DNA of 62,964 nucleotides, filler included, from Octopus bimaculoides (GCF_001194135.2; 4 parts of 3 records of this genome joined end to end with filler, not necessarily neighbours in it); one strand, 5' to 3'. Shown: positions 1 through 13,309, counted from the whole stretch's first letter. Notes: a model not told the origin generated them from the letters alone. A program made the numbers and translations.

Positions 1-165
1 GAAGAAGAAGAAGAAGAAGAAGAAGAAGAAGAAGAAGAAGAAGAAGAAGAAGAAGAAGAAGAAGAAAAAGAAAAAGAAAAAGAAAAAGAAAAAGAAAAAG
101 AAGAAGAAAAAGAAGAAGAAGAAGAAGAAGAAGAAGAAGAAGAAGAAGGAGGAGAAGAAGAAGAA
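1..165. repeat. (GAA)n microsatellite with a (GAAAAA)n interruption
   Basis: Direct tandem repeat running from the window start. Confidence 0.98.
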
Positions 166-290
166 CTAGAAAAGCACTCGTAGAGCGCAGACCTCCCAAG
201 CAGCTCATTTCCACCCATATACACGCATGCTGAAAGTCGCCCAATTTCCCAAACCAACGCCGGCAAAAATATAACCTCCTTGGAGGGGTT
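166..290 (-). mobile_element. Mini non-autonomous Helentron-associated (HINE/DINE-1-like) unit
   Basis: A second copy of the 5' motif (AACCCCTCCAAGGAGGTTATATTTTTGCCGGCGTTGGTTTG) lies only ~125 bp from the 3' subTIR/hairpin/CTAG end. Confidence 0.6.
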
Positions 291-421
291 AAAAAAAAAT
301 AACACAGCCATATGATTAAAAAAAAAGAACATTTTGAAAACAGAAATCATCTGAAGCAGTTATAATACATCAATGACAACAAGCTAGTTTCACCATACAA
401 CTAAAAAGAAACACCAATTAC

Positions 422-712
422 CTAAAACTTGAGCGATACACACACAACATCATTGTCGGAAAAGTAACAGTCGGTTACAGTGACTTGTGGACGCCGATCC
501 TGGTTCACGTAAATATGATCTAGGAGGCTTCGATAGTCGGTGGTGGGTTTTAGGACTAGTTGGTCGAACCCAAACTGGTTCATAGTTGTCAAGATCTCAT
601 GATTAGGGGAATCAAGGAGATCCACGTTGAAATCACCAAGGACGATGGTCAGATGATACCTTGGCAAAGATAAAAGAAGTATCTGTCTACTTACAAAACT
701 AAACCTACCTAC
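422..712 (-). pseudogene. AP-like (EEP) endonuclease C-terminal fragment of a Helentron Rep-Hel-EN ORF
   Basis: IVLGDFNVDL...PTTDYRSLLDHIYVN...DCYFSDND then stop: EEP motifs GDFN, LDH and SD(H>N). The frame is open from 712, has no ATG, and ends right at the EN C-terminus as in Helentrons. Confidence 0.8.
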
Positions 713-1144
713 CTACTTTACATCCCTCAGTGGTCAGTTTAGTATCAATCATCCTTCAAGAGTCCATAGACACGCGAGTAAAATTACCAATAGAGAAACG
801 AAAATAAAACTTTGGAAACAGCAACGCCACTATAGTTTACGTGGAAGCGATGAACGTGTTTACAAAGGAGATAACCAAAGAACGTAACTGTAATACTTCA
901 TGTAAAGTAAGTATAACAAATGAAAACATCCTTCAAGAATCCATAAAAATTCCCTGATCACTACCAAAATTTCATCATCTGTTCCTTGTGTCATTACCAA
1001 CAAGTTTCATCAAATACCGTTCACAACGTTTGGAGTTATTTTGCACACATACAGACAAACCCACGCCGATTAAAACATAACCTCCTTCCTTGGCGGAGGT
1101 AATAATAATAATAATGGTTTTAAATTTTTGCCCAAGGGGTAAAT

Positions 1145-1760
1145 TTATAGGCACGGATGTGCTGTCAGCCCAGACCGGCCGAGGCCTGCGCAGAGCGACG
1201 AAACTGTTCTGCACGTACTTGTCCAGTGCCCGAGCATTGCTGACCTCTGGGTTTATGTCACGTGTGGGACGGATCTGACTATCAACTGAATCCATAGTGA
1301 AGACTGCCCCGCCGCCCTCCATTGGCAGATAATTTTTATATATCTGGTGGCTGTACCAAAAAAGGTAGCATGGTGGACATGTTTGAAAGGGCTAAAGGCA
1401 TACACTTTCCTCTTTCGCCAAGTTCTCATAACCTTTTTGAAGTTTCACTTAAAAAGAAAAGTGAGTGTGGAGAAGGAAATGTTGCCTTCTAGCAAGTTTG
1501 TTGGACGGTGGGTGCATGTTGGAAAAATGACCTGTGTGAAAGGACTCAATTTGAACATGTGCCTATGAAAAATAAAAGAAGAGCTCTTTCTGTTGGTCAG
1601 GCACCCCGCCTTTGTGGATATTTCCGTGAGTGACCTTAAACGCCTCCTCCTATTGGGAATTTTATTTGTTTAATTATTATTCTTATTTTTGTTAACTCGT
1701 TTTAAAACCCGTTTGTATTGTCCTATCTGTCTCTCCATATTCTTTTTATCTTTCTATATT
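1145..1760 (+). mobile_element. L1-Tx1 clade LINE, 3' end (zinc-knuckle region, ORF2 C-terminus, 3'UTR)
   Basis: Frame reads PRPAQSDETVLHVLVQCPSIADLWVYV (decayed CCHC, zf-RVT-like), then KKVAWWTCLKGLK...FLKFHLKRKVSVEKEMLPSSKFVGRW and a T-rich tail. Confidence 0.7.
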
Positions 1761-3272
1761 CTTGCTAGTATCTAATTTTTCTAAGGCATTTTTGTAGGGC
1801 CGGAAATTACTGTGAAATGAAGGCAGATGATTCAATCATGAATTGAACATATCGCAGAATATTTTAACATTGACCACATAACATGATAGCATCGTCGCAT
1901 TTTATTACGGCACTAATTACATAGAGTAAAGTGGATATAATTCAAGTTGAACTTAACTCACCACAAGTTCAAATCTAAAAAGAATGTTGTAACATCTAGT
2001 CTGATGTGATCTCAACTTTGCTTTCTTCCTAGAACATATATAAACATACTGGAAACGTTTATAACAAGCTTCATCCATCGTGCATGAGTTTTTGCAACTG
2101 TCGGTTTACAGCGCCAAGTTAGTCCAGCTCTACAGTACAGAATTGCATTTATGTTTATTGGACTGGCTCATTTGAAAGTTAGTATAGTCATAATGTACTG
2201 CAAGTTCACAGGTTACGAACTATCGAACTCCCCCTGGTTGCAATGAATAACCATAAGGACTCAATCAGCTCTGCCCTACAGAGATGAAACTACAGAAAAC
2301 AATTACGCGAATTTAATTTCGAACTTGTAATAAACGTCGTATATCAACACATAAGCTACGTTGCGAACTGAGAATCTGCGAGATGGTTTCTATTTTCTCC
2401 AGTTACACCGAAACTGCACATATAAAATGCAGGAACATCACAAAATCCCAATTGTAATTTTATATGCTATATAATATACTTGTACTTTCCTAAGATAAAA
2501 CACAATTTAATTATTCAATTAATATTGCTAATGCTGTTCATAAATATCCAAACAAAATGTCAGAATGCCAAAACGCTTCAAGAGAAGAAAGAAGACTGTG
2601 AAGATTGATTTTCGACAATTAGCTATAAGGAGAATAACACAAACCCATTAATTGCATACAAATAAAATACTACAATAAAAATTATCCCAGCTAATCCAAA
2701 CATAATACTTTCAAATAACATGTTTTATATATCACAGTTTGTTCAAATTGAAATTTAAGAATAAAAATTAAAAAACCGTCGAAATCCAAAACAAATACTA
2801 TAATGGAATTATTGAAAAGCCATATAATTTTGCCTAATACAACAGATAAATCCACCACTTTTATCAGTTTTCTACTGAACACATTATCATTGAATTTAAC
2901 AGCTGTACAGTAATTAAATACAAATGAAAATTTTGTAAATGAAAAAGCAATGATTTCTCATACAGTAAAGCAGAGTGTGTTGTGTGTGTGTGTGNNNNNN
3001 NNNNNNNNNNNNNNNNNNNNNNNNNNNNNNNNNNNNNNNNNNNNNNNNNNNNNNNNNNNNNNNNNNNNNNNNNNNNNNNNNNNNNNNNNNNNNNNNNNNN
3101 NNNNNNNNNNNNNNNNNNNNNNNNNNNNNNNNNNNNNNNNNNNNNNNNNNNNNNNNNNNNNNNNNNNNNNNNNNNNNNNNNNNNNNNNNNNNNNNNNNNN
3201 NNNNNNNNNNNNNNNNNNNNNNNNNNNNNNNNNNNNNNNNNNNNNNNNNNNNNNNNNNNNNNNNNNNNNNNN

Positions 3273-3320
<48 letters not shown>

Positions 3321-3847
3321 CGATAGAATTTCAATTCATGTGTTCAGTAGTTGTTCAATGATAATGTTAAATAAAGGAATTTCCAAGTTGATCCCACCAG
3401 ATTTGAACTCAGACTATTTACAGCCGGAAGTAAATAATGTTGAAAATAATTCAATCTAACACTTTGTTGTATCTTACAGCACACTACTTCCACAGTAAAA
3501 CGTAATAATTTCTAGCATAGACATAAAACAATATATTACGAAAAACTAATACAGTCTATTTAATTAACTCCATTTCGGTAACACTTATTCTATCAACTTT
3601 TTAAAGATTAAAAAATAAAAAGTAGAACTTAGAGAAAATATAGACCTTAGTGGAATTTGGACTGAGAAGGTAAAAATAACGTAACATGTCTGATCTAAGA
3701 ATAAACAAAAAAAAAGTAACTAAATGTTGTCCCTAAATCCTGTATAACACGGATAATAATAATAAAAATAGAAATAATAATAATAATAATAATAATGATA
3801 ACGATAATAATAATAATATTATGATTATTATCTCAAATTTTTACATG

Positions 3848-4014
3848 AGTCGATTACATCAACCCCGATGTTCAACTGGTACTTATTTTATCGACACCGA
3901 AAGGATGAAAGGCAACGCCGACCTCGGCAGAATTTAAACTCACAACGTAAGGATGGACAAAATGCTGCAAAGCACTTTTCCCGGCGTACTAACGGTTCTG
4001 CCATCTCACCACCT
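3848..4014 (-). mobile_element. tRNA-derived SINE family A
   Basis: Reverse complement gives head GGTGGTGAGATGGCAGAACCGTTAG..., B-box-like GAGTTTAAATTC and body GCCTTTCATCCTTTCGGTGTCGATAAAATAAGTACCAG, shared with >10 copies in the window. Confidence 0.85.
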
Positions 4015-4075
4015 TCTCTATATTATTATTGTTATTATTATTATTATTAATAATAATAATAATTATAATAATAAT

Positions 4076-4203
4076 TTCTACTATAGGCACAAGGCCTGAA
4101 ATTTGCAGGAAGGGAACTAGTCGATTACATCGACTCCAGTACTCAACTGGTACTTAATTTATCGACTCCAAAACGATGGAAAGGCAAAGTCGACCTCGGT
4201 GGA
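4076..4203 (-). mobile_element. SINE family A, 3' half
   Basis: Body plus tail ...AAATTTCAGGCCTTGTGCCTATAGTAGAAA next to (TAA)n. Confidence 0.85.
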
Positions 4204-5189
4204 AAAAATAACAACGACAACAACTAAAATAATACAATTAAAAGAACGGCACACGGAAATAACTTTTTGAAGAAGGAATATCAAACTAAGCTGGCCCAAT
4301 TCTTTGATTTGTATTTATTTAGTAGAGCTTGAAAAGACGAGAGGCATTGTCGGATTCAATAAGATTGGCATTCTAAGCGTGAAAGAATCAAGCTAAAACA
4401 CTGCGTAGAATATAGAAAGCTTGTACCTTTTCAGCTACAAATCTTTTCAGTATAGTTCATATCACTAGAATCTATTCCGACCAGCATGTGAGTAAATTGG
4501 AAAAACAAAATGATATATTTGATGAAAAATGTGTCCGTTGTTAGTCCTGCACGCAAGATGACAGGTAACGTTCTAATTAATCTTTAAGCATAAACTTCTC
4601 ACATCTGTCTGTTTAGTAGACAGAGATGATTTTAAGTAGAAAAAAGTTAGAATACAAAGTGTTATAAAAACAGCTATACTTCGCTGGTGAAGTCTAATGC
4701 GACTGGAGCATATCAATATGTAACTACATTTGCTAACGAAGATCAGATTTTCACCCTAAGCATGGAATTCAAAATTTCTATAAAATTCTTATTTTATTAG
4801 AATCATCTACATTTTGTTCAAGAGTTTCCAGGAGTTAACACCAGGTATTTGTTTATCTTCTCCTTCCTACAAAATGATCAATTTCAATTCATTGAGAAGT
4901 TTTGCGTATTTAGTTAGTCTAGTATCTAATTAAGTTAATATAAGTAAAGTATTTACAATATTTAACTTTGTATTAAGGTTTTATGTCATCACAAAGACTA
5001 ATAAAACTTGATATGAATTATCAGGGAAGTTAAAAAGTAAGAATTTAAACCTATACATCACTAATCGGCGTAAAGGTAGCAAATCCAAATATTTTCTTTT
5101 CATTACACAGTGTATTGCTCACCACAGCGAAGTTGGCAGTCAGAACTATTCATAATCAAGACTTATTTCGATAGTGTAAAATATGCTTC

Positions 5190-5575
5190 GTATTTTCTTT
5201 ACTTCTACCTGTTTCATTTATAGCCATGCTGCGGCACTACTTTGAAACTTCTAGTCGAAATCGACAACAGTACTTTTATTTCATTTTATTTGTTTTTGCT
5301 CAGTCTGTTACTTATTCTATTGGACTTATTCACCAAACCGCTAATAGCACGGGTACGTAAACAAACCAAACTTGTCAATTAATGAGGGGAAAAACACAAA
5401 GATGTGCACACATACATAATACACACATTCGACGGGTTTCCGCAGAGTTTCCGCCAACGAAATTCACTCACAATACATTAGTCGCTCAGGAGCTATAGTA
5501 GAAGACGAGTCCGCAAAGTGATTCTTAATTGGATTGAACCAGGAACCGAGTGTTTGTTCCACTACACAGCTTAAG
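5190..5575 (-). mobile_element. SINE family B, degenerate
   Basis: Diverged match to the copy at 11071-11560 (TTCACTCACAA..., CTATAGTAGAAGAC, AAACCGCTAA..TACGTAAACA). Confidence 0.6.
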
Positions 5576-7439
5576 AAGTTTTTTGATTGAACTATTTTTA
5601 ACACTTCGCTTGTGTCATTTTTTATCACATCATATTCGGTTTATTTATCATTGTTTCCATAACAGTTTTTGTATTTTTTAGTCTGCTTATTGACTGAAGG
5701 ATATGAACAAATAGGATACTCGAATCGTAAATAAACGGAAGGACAATTAAAATAAATATTAAACAGTATATATGGCACATTGTCTGGGAAAAAATCATTA
5801 TAAAGATATATTATCTTCATTTGAGGTCACCTAGATGCTTATGAATTATCAACATAATTATCAAGAAAACATATTTCCACAACTAAATTATCTTCTTGTC
5901 AAACTCGAATCATTGTTTCATTTTGTTAATGAACTACGACAACGTCGAATATTTTGTGTTTATTATGTGTATAATCTATAAATCACAATATCTACAGTCC
6001 CTTGATAACTATTATTTATATATAATCTAATAACTACTAGTACTACTCTCTCTCCCTCTCTCTTAAAGTAAAATATTAAAATAAGTCAGGTTGATTGTGG
6101 GTGTATGCACTGTTGCATCACGTAGCATTTGTCAGTATATTCCTGGGTCCCCCCTGGACGACCCGTCCAGCAGAGGTCCCAATTAGTCCCCATCTCCTCG
6201 AGATATTCCACTTTCTGCTGTGACCAAGTAGTATTTGGTCGACTAACAAGAGCCGTCAACCTAGCTGGATTCCCAGTGAAGAGAACACTGAAAGGGGTTA
6301 ATTTCACTTTTGAAATGATACTTATTATATAATACATTGTTGTTGCTTAGTCGCACCGATACGAATAAGGCAGCCTTAATCGAGTAGAACTGTGCATACA
6401 ACCGTTTCACACTTATCGCACTCATGTTTTACTCAAACATGGCGCATCTACGAAATATTCAACATTATCCACCTTCACCAAATACAAGAAATAATTCCTA
6501 TTACCATAAGATGTGGAGTATGGTCAATGAAACAAACCCTAGCAGTTGGTTGACCTTACGTTTTTAATCCCAGATATAAAATGGAACCAGGGAGAATTTT
6601 AATCAGGATGTAAAATAATGCAATATTTGAGAGTGATTTGGCTGCTGCGATTGGTGTAAATATTTTCGAAATTAAAAAGTTAAAAGCAAAAACAAAACAA
6701 ACTATTAACACATTCTAAGCTATGCACATATTTAAACCGGAATAGCTATCCTGGTTCATATATTAAGTACAAACAGTTAACTGCGACTCATGGTGGTGTG
6801 CTTGCAGTCTTAAGGGGGCCAGTACAATTACAACATTCAGATGTAATCTTTGATTTCTATTAAGGAAGCATCGAGTAGTTTTTCTTTCACATAATAATAG
6901 CTGAAAGTTTATACTGACAATGAAATTGTTAGCTCCGGGCCAAATCTGATCAAGGAGATGTATGTAATCTGCCAAACACTCACGCGCACACGCTTACACA
7001 GTCATCTATAGGATGATGTTAGATATTATAAACGCCAATTTTTAGATATCTATAGGCTTGACTTTGAGGTAGCACATACAGACTAATAGATCCATCGACA
7101 TCTAATTACAATAACACACACATACATACATGTGTGGAATAGAGGGGATTCAAGAGACTAGACTTCCTACAGAAGTTAACCTAATCATTTAAGCATAAAA
7201 ACAAAACACACACATACACACACACACTAAGATATAGACATCGTTATTGTTTGTATAAATAATGCTTCTGGCAGAGGAAGGTTGTAGAGAACTCCACCAT
7301 ATGCCTTCAAATGAAATACAAACATACGCACAGACACACTAACGCATGCACACGCACGTATGCACACACACACACACATACACACGGAATATAAGTGCCT
7401 GCGAGAGAATCAGGAAGTAAATATAACAGCTGCCATGAA

Positions 7440-7837
7440 TTATAGCAGTAGTAGTAGTAGCAGAGGTAATTATCGTGACGGTGATGTTGTTGTTGATGTG
7501 GTGGTGGCGCTAGTGGCGGTGGTGATATGATAACAGTGTTGATGCTGCTGGTCGCAACGCTGCAGAGCTGTAAGAGTAATGTGTGGTTAACTGGTTCTGG
7601 TGGTGGTGGTGGTGGTGGTAGTAGTAGTAGTAGTAGTTGTTGCTCCAGTTGAAGTTCAATGCTGCAATTTTGAGTTTAAATGACAGAAATGGTTTCAACT
7701 GAAGGAATTTGAAACTTCTGAGGAAGAACTTGGCCATGAGAACATTGCCTTGAGAAAGAGTGGTTGAGAAGCAATTTGCCTTTCACACATAATACGGTTA
7801 CAACGGTGAAAAACACCGTTCTACTGAAAACCCAAAC

Positions 7838-7880
<43 letters not shown>

Positions 7881-8400
7881 CATTCATGGAGTTGTGGTGG
7901 TATTTGTTGCTTTTCTAGTAATAAATATGGGTAATTGTGCCAGAGTGAGGGTGGAGAGAATAGAAGAGACATGAAATGTTGTTGCTGTTGTGGTTGAGTA
8001 TGATGATGCTGATGACGACGGCTGATGGCCGTAGTAGAGATAGGGAGTTGTCGTATGTGTGAAGAATTCTGCTGATGTTAAGAATGATAACTGATATATT
8101 CAGCTAGTAGTGGTATTTGTGATGGTAAAAGTGGATACCGCTGAAAGTTGGTTGGAGAAAAATATTGTCGACGATGATGATGATGGTGATGAGGAGGAGA
8201 ATGTTTATGATGATAGTGATTGTAATGATGACGACGATAAGCATGTGAATTGTAGTTTGTAGTTGGTTATAAAAACGAAGCTTGCGATGCTGGGCTGCTA
8301 CAAAATTGATGGTGTTGGTGATGTGAAAAACGGAGCCGCTGACGATCATTGATGAAATCTATAAGAGCCTGAAAATGTTGATGGTTTTATGGAGTTCATG
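7440..8400. repeat. Triplet-periodic low-complexity tract (AGT/GGT/GAT/GTT)n
   Basis: Mixed degenerate trinucleotide runs, including perfect (AGT)n at ~7838-7880. Confidence 0.85.
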
Positions 8401-10777
8401 ATATTACCCAAAATAGCACTTGTTTATTCATGACGACAGGGGCGGTACGAAATGTTCATACTCATTTGTTTAAGTATGTTTGTAGCTGCAGTATAACTGT
8501 AGAACTGGTGGGGGGGGGGCACAGTAACAAAACCTTGTGGAATTTAGTTGCATCCCTATACTTACCGAGGTCGAATTTTACTGGAACCAATACTATATAA
8601 GAAACATAGAATGTGGTTTAATGTGACATACAACACAAAACGTGCTGAGCTTACCAGTAAAAGACGATGGTGCACTGATAGATCAATAGAACATCGGACA
8701 AAATGCCAAGTGGCATTTACTATGGTCTTTTTACGTTCTGAGTTAAATTCCTAGTAAGATCAACAGCCAACCTATGTTACTTTTTAACATCGATAAATTA
8801 AGTAACTGAATAATACAAAGAAACAAAATCAAATGAAGATTAAGTGTGGCCTCCTTTCAAAATTACGGTCAAGTCTGACAAGGGACATTAATACCGCAAT
8901 TGTTCATAAACATAGGACATTAATGATGAAGCGATATGTGTAGGTCGTCTAACATTGTGCCTCAGGCAAATGCAAGATGTAGTCAGTAGAAGATGAGCAT
9001 TATGACAATGAGGTATTGGAATCAATTTAATCAACTACGCTTCCCACAAAACCCAAGTGAAGAAAACTACACGAATTGGCGCGCTGCTTTATATAAAAGA
9101 ATAAGTGCGTCCAAAAGTAACCCATAAGAAAAATACACCACTACACTGATTGGTGCTCATCTTGTTTTCTTTATTAACCAAGAGTTAATTAACTAAATTT
9201 GGATCTCGAGTAATACAAAAATATTGGGTTATAATAATTTAGTATCTGGAGCATAGTTTCAGTACACAGTGCCATCAAGCAAGAAATGTGCATTCGGTCT
9301 CAACTAAATACTCTCATTTGTGATTCTTTTATACATGCCTCCAAATTTTGTTTGCAACACGTAATCTGAATAAATCATAAGTTTAATCTTCAATCAAAAT
9401 TTACATTCGTTGCCTGCATCAACATTTATATAAGATTATTATAATGATAAAGAAATATTTATGTGCCTTAGATGTAAATCCAGTGGAGAAGTTTAAGCCT
9501 GATGGTCAGGCCTGCAAGACTTGTGTATATCATCTTATGCGGAACACAGTACTGCCGCATTATGTGGGACACACTATTGCGCACAGAATCAGTGTTGGCA
9601 CGCACAATGTCATCTCGCACAACCTGGAGGGAATTTTACTTTCACGTTGGAGTTGACGTCCACGAGTGATGTGACGTAGATTTAAGACAGAGATGTACTT
9701 TACGTGCGAAGAGGAGGTGAGCATTAATTGTAATTACTCAAGATAACGGATGCCTTTCACTCTCCGACCCCAGCTTAAAACGTTAGCGTAATGATATCCT
9801 ACGACATAGAAATAACTGGTCACCTGGTTTAACTCCGCGTCTAGGAAAGTTCTGCTGCAAACATTTCAATCAGGTCCCTAGTCTAAGTGGCAATACTTAA
9901 TCTCTGTCTGTCTGTCTCTGTCTCTCTCTCTGTCTTTCTCTCTGTCTCTCACACACACACACACACACAAACGCACACGCGTATACAAGGTTTTGTACTA
10001 CAAACGGGAGAAATAGAAATTAATACATGAAGTAGGACATGTGTATTTATTAGTTGTGAGGCTACTCGTGTGCTATACGAAGCTTTACACTCTTGGGTCT
10101 ATTATGCAGTTTAAAAGCTAATAAATATGGTGTTACTAGGATTAATCAAAATCGGTGAGGAATAAAAAAAAAAGTTCCAATCTATATAAATAACCTAATC
10201 ACATATCACAAGTTGAGATATGTGATTAGGCACTTAGTTATATAGTGGACCTACATAGAAGGAAAAATATAATATAATCATGCATGATCTTTTATATAAC
10301 TAGCGTAATCACAAACTACAAGTATATTTATATAATAAACAAGTACGTGCTTATAAATGATTGTGGGTATATGTGTTCTTGGATGTATGTGAGTATGTGT
10401 GAGAGAGAAAGAGAGGGAGAGAGAATATATATTGGTTTATGTATGCAGATCCAGTCACCAGTTCTAAAGATTGCTCGATGTATTGGCGGTTCCTTAGGAA
10501 GGACAAACTCCACGCCGGGTAAATTCCAGAGTAATAAGCTACTCGATCAGCCAATAAAAAGTACAAAAATACAACTATGGTATTGGATACTTTTCTAGCA
10601 TTCGTTAAAACCAGTCATGGATGTGTAGTCAAGAAGATCGCTTCGCAAATACGTGTTTTCGAGTTCACTCTCTCACCTGGCAGTTTTCTACTACAGCCAA
10701 CTAATGCCATGTGAGTGAATCTAGGAGATGTAAACGGTATGGACGCCCGTCCTACATATGTATATATATATATATAT

Positions 10778-10877
10778 NNNNNNNNNNNNNNNNNNNNNNN
10801 NNNNNNNNNNNNNNNNNNNNNTTAATTAATTAANNNNNNNNNNNNNNNNNNNNNNNNNNNNNNNNNNNNNNNNNNNN
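10778..10877. other. Artificial scaffold-join spacer
   Basis: Exactly 44 N + TTAATTAATTAA + 44 N, identical at 33932-34031 and 38146-38245. Confidence 0.95.
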
Positions 10878-10972
<95 letters not shown>

Positions 10973-11070
10973 TGTGTGTGTGTGTGTGGGTGTGTGTGCG
11001 TGTATATGTATGTATATATATATATATTTATATATATCTGTATATAAATTAATATGTATGTACGCTTAAT

Positions 11071-11353
11071 CTTTTATTTATTTCAGTCATTTGACTGAGT
11101 CCATGCTGGAGCACCGCCTTTTATTCGAACAAATTGACACTAGAACTTATTATTGTAAGCGTAGTACTTATTCCATCGACCTCTATTGCCGAACCACTAT
11201 GCTACGGGGATATAAACACAATAACATCGGTTGTCAAGCGATGCTGGGGAGACAAACACAGACACACAAACATATACACACATATACATGCATGCGCACT
11301 ACTCATACACACACATATATATACATATACTTATATATACATATAAATATACA

Positions 11354-11398
<45 letters not shown>

Positions 11399-11560
11399 GA
11401 CGGGCTTCTTTTAGTTTCCGTCTACCAAATCCACTCACAAGGCTTTGGTCGGCCCGAGGTTATAGTAGAAGGTAGTTGCCCAAGTTGCCACGCAGTGGGA
11501 CTGAACCTGGAACCATGTGGTTGAGAAGCAAGCTTCTTACCACACAACCACGCCTACGCC
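11071..11560 (-). mobile_element. tRNA-derived SINE family B, full length with internal (TA)n/(CA)n
   Basis: Head GGCGTGGTTGTGTGGTAAGAAGCTTGCTTCTCAACCACATGGTTCCAGGTTCAGTCCCAC, central TGAGTGGATTTGGTAGACGGAAACT, tail GGCGGTGCTCCAGCATG...AAATGACTGAAA. Confidence 0.9.
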
Positions 11561-12404
11561 TATATATAATGGAAGTTATCGACCAGTTTATCGATCTATC
11601 GATTCACCCATCTATCCATCCGTCCATTCATCCACCTATCCATTTGTCCGTCCGTCCGCCCGTCCGTCCATCCATCTATTCATCCAACTATGTATGTATG
11701 TATGTATGTATGTATGTATGTATGTATGTATCTATCTATCCGGATATGCCTACGTGAGTATAAGCACACATACACACACACACATATACACACACATATA
11801 CACACACACGCACACAAAATATACCAGCGAAGTGTACGTATCTTTCTTAAAATCATTCTTAAACCCTAATTTATTACGAAACATCTGTTACATCCTGACA
11901 GATACGCATATTCTCAGACGCTCACATTGAATTATAGATGTATATGCACATATATAAATATACCTATACATATTTGTTTCTTAATATAACTTGGGTTATA
12001 ACCTTATTCTCTGGTTCCGAAAGTTCCTGTCCGAATTTCGGCTACCAAATTTTACTGGCTATACGAGATGATGAATTCAACAGCAACGTACAAATATCAG
12101 AACACACACGCAAGCATGCGCGCACACACCCAAACACACACACACAGTTACACACGCGCACACAGACACAGACGCACGCGCATACATTTACATCTTTTGT
12201 TTAACCATATTTTTCATCATATGGCAAGATAATTTTTTATATACAGTGTTAACCAGACGTCACTCACCAAAATATTTCACATTTTATTTATCAATCATTA
12301 TTATTTCGCCCTTGTGGCAAATAAATGAAATCATATCATTATTATTATTATTATTGTTGTTGTTTTTGTTGTTGTTGTTGTTGTTATTATTATTATTATT
12401 ATTA

Positions 12405-12955
12405 TTGTGTGACAGAGCAGTAAATGCAAACAAAGTGACACTGAGACACAAATATATGAAGCCCAGCATATCCATCGTGACGACTCGTCTGATAAGAGTA
12501 CACCAGGCTCATGCATCACAACCATATGTGCGTGACATAGTGATATCATATTAGGATAAGCAACACATGACCTTGCATGTGGGGCCCAGTTAGAATTTTC
12601 TTCAGGTCAAGTAGCCCATCCCGCTCAAAAGGTCCCTGAATGAGGGTTCCTTAAGGATGATGAACAAAATACCCATGTTTCCAAAGGTGAATTATTCAAA
12701 CCCCAAAGAATTCCTCCCAACACATAGCTATGATGCTCCCCCACTACTTCTGCTCATGATCAGAGATGCACATGTCTTCAGCCACCAAAGGACATGCTCA
12801 AATGGTTAGGGTCAAACAACTGACTAGCAAATCTGTGGTATTAGGCAGAATATTTGCTGTAGCCCATCTTTTACACCAAAACAAAACAATATACACTTTC
12901 AATCAGTTAAGATCAGAAGCCATATGAGCCACTGCCTGGTACTGCATCAAGGCAT
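12405..12955 (-). mobile_element. ~550-bp unclassified interspersed element embedded in (AAT)n
   Basis: Complex non-coding sequence with (ATT/GTT)n on both flanks. A short match (GGGGGAGCATCATAG) recurs near 45275. Orientation is inferred. Confidence 0.5.
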
Positions 12956-12967
12956 TTTATTATCATA

Positions 12968-13027
<60 letters not shown>

Positions 13028-13177
13028 GTTGTTGGTGTTGTTGTTGTTGTTGTTGTTGTTGTTGCTGTTGTTGTTATCATTATTATTACTATTATTTTAC
13101 TTTTAATTTGCATGTTTGTTAGTTATTTGCCGAGACACGCCCAGTGTCCTGGGGCGAGTGAAGGATAAGTGACATTA

Positions 13178-13237
<60 letters not shown>

Positions 13238-13309
13238 TCATGTACATGTACGTGTACATTCATCCTTATTCTATCCCCCCCAAAAAAAAAATTAAAGCAT
13301 GACCCACAA

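Larger units (their letters stand above)
166..1105 (-). mobile_element. Helentron/Helitron2-type rolling-circle transposon, internally deleted derivative
   Basis: Minus-strand 5' end TTATTACCTCCGCCAAGG(AAGG)AGGTTATGTTTT at ~1105. 3' end CTTGG-GAGGT (inverted subterminal repeat of the 5' end), then hairpin GCGCTC-TAC-GAGTGC and terminal CTAG at 166. An endonuclease C-terminus lies inside in the same orientation. Confidence 0.7.

Noticed and set aside
10822-10833. TTAATTAATTAA palindrome recurring inside gaps (also 33976-33987, 38190-38201)
   Set aside because: Always centred in exactly 44+44 N and gives stops in all six frames. It is an assembly spacer, not biology.
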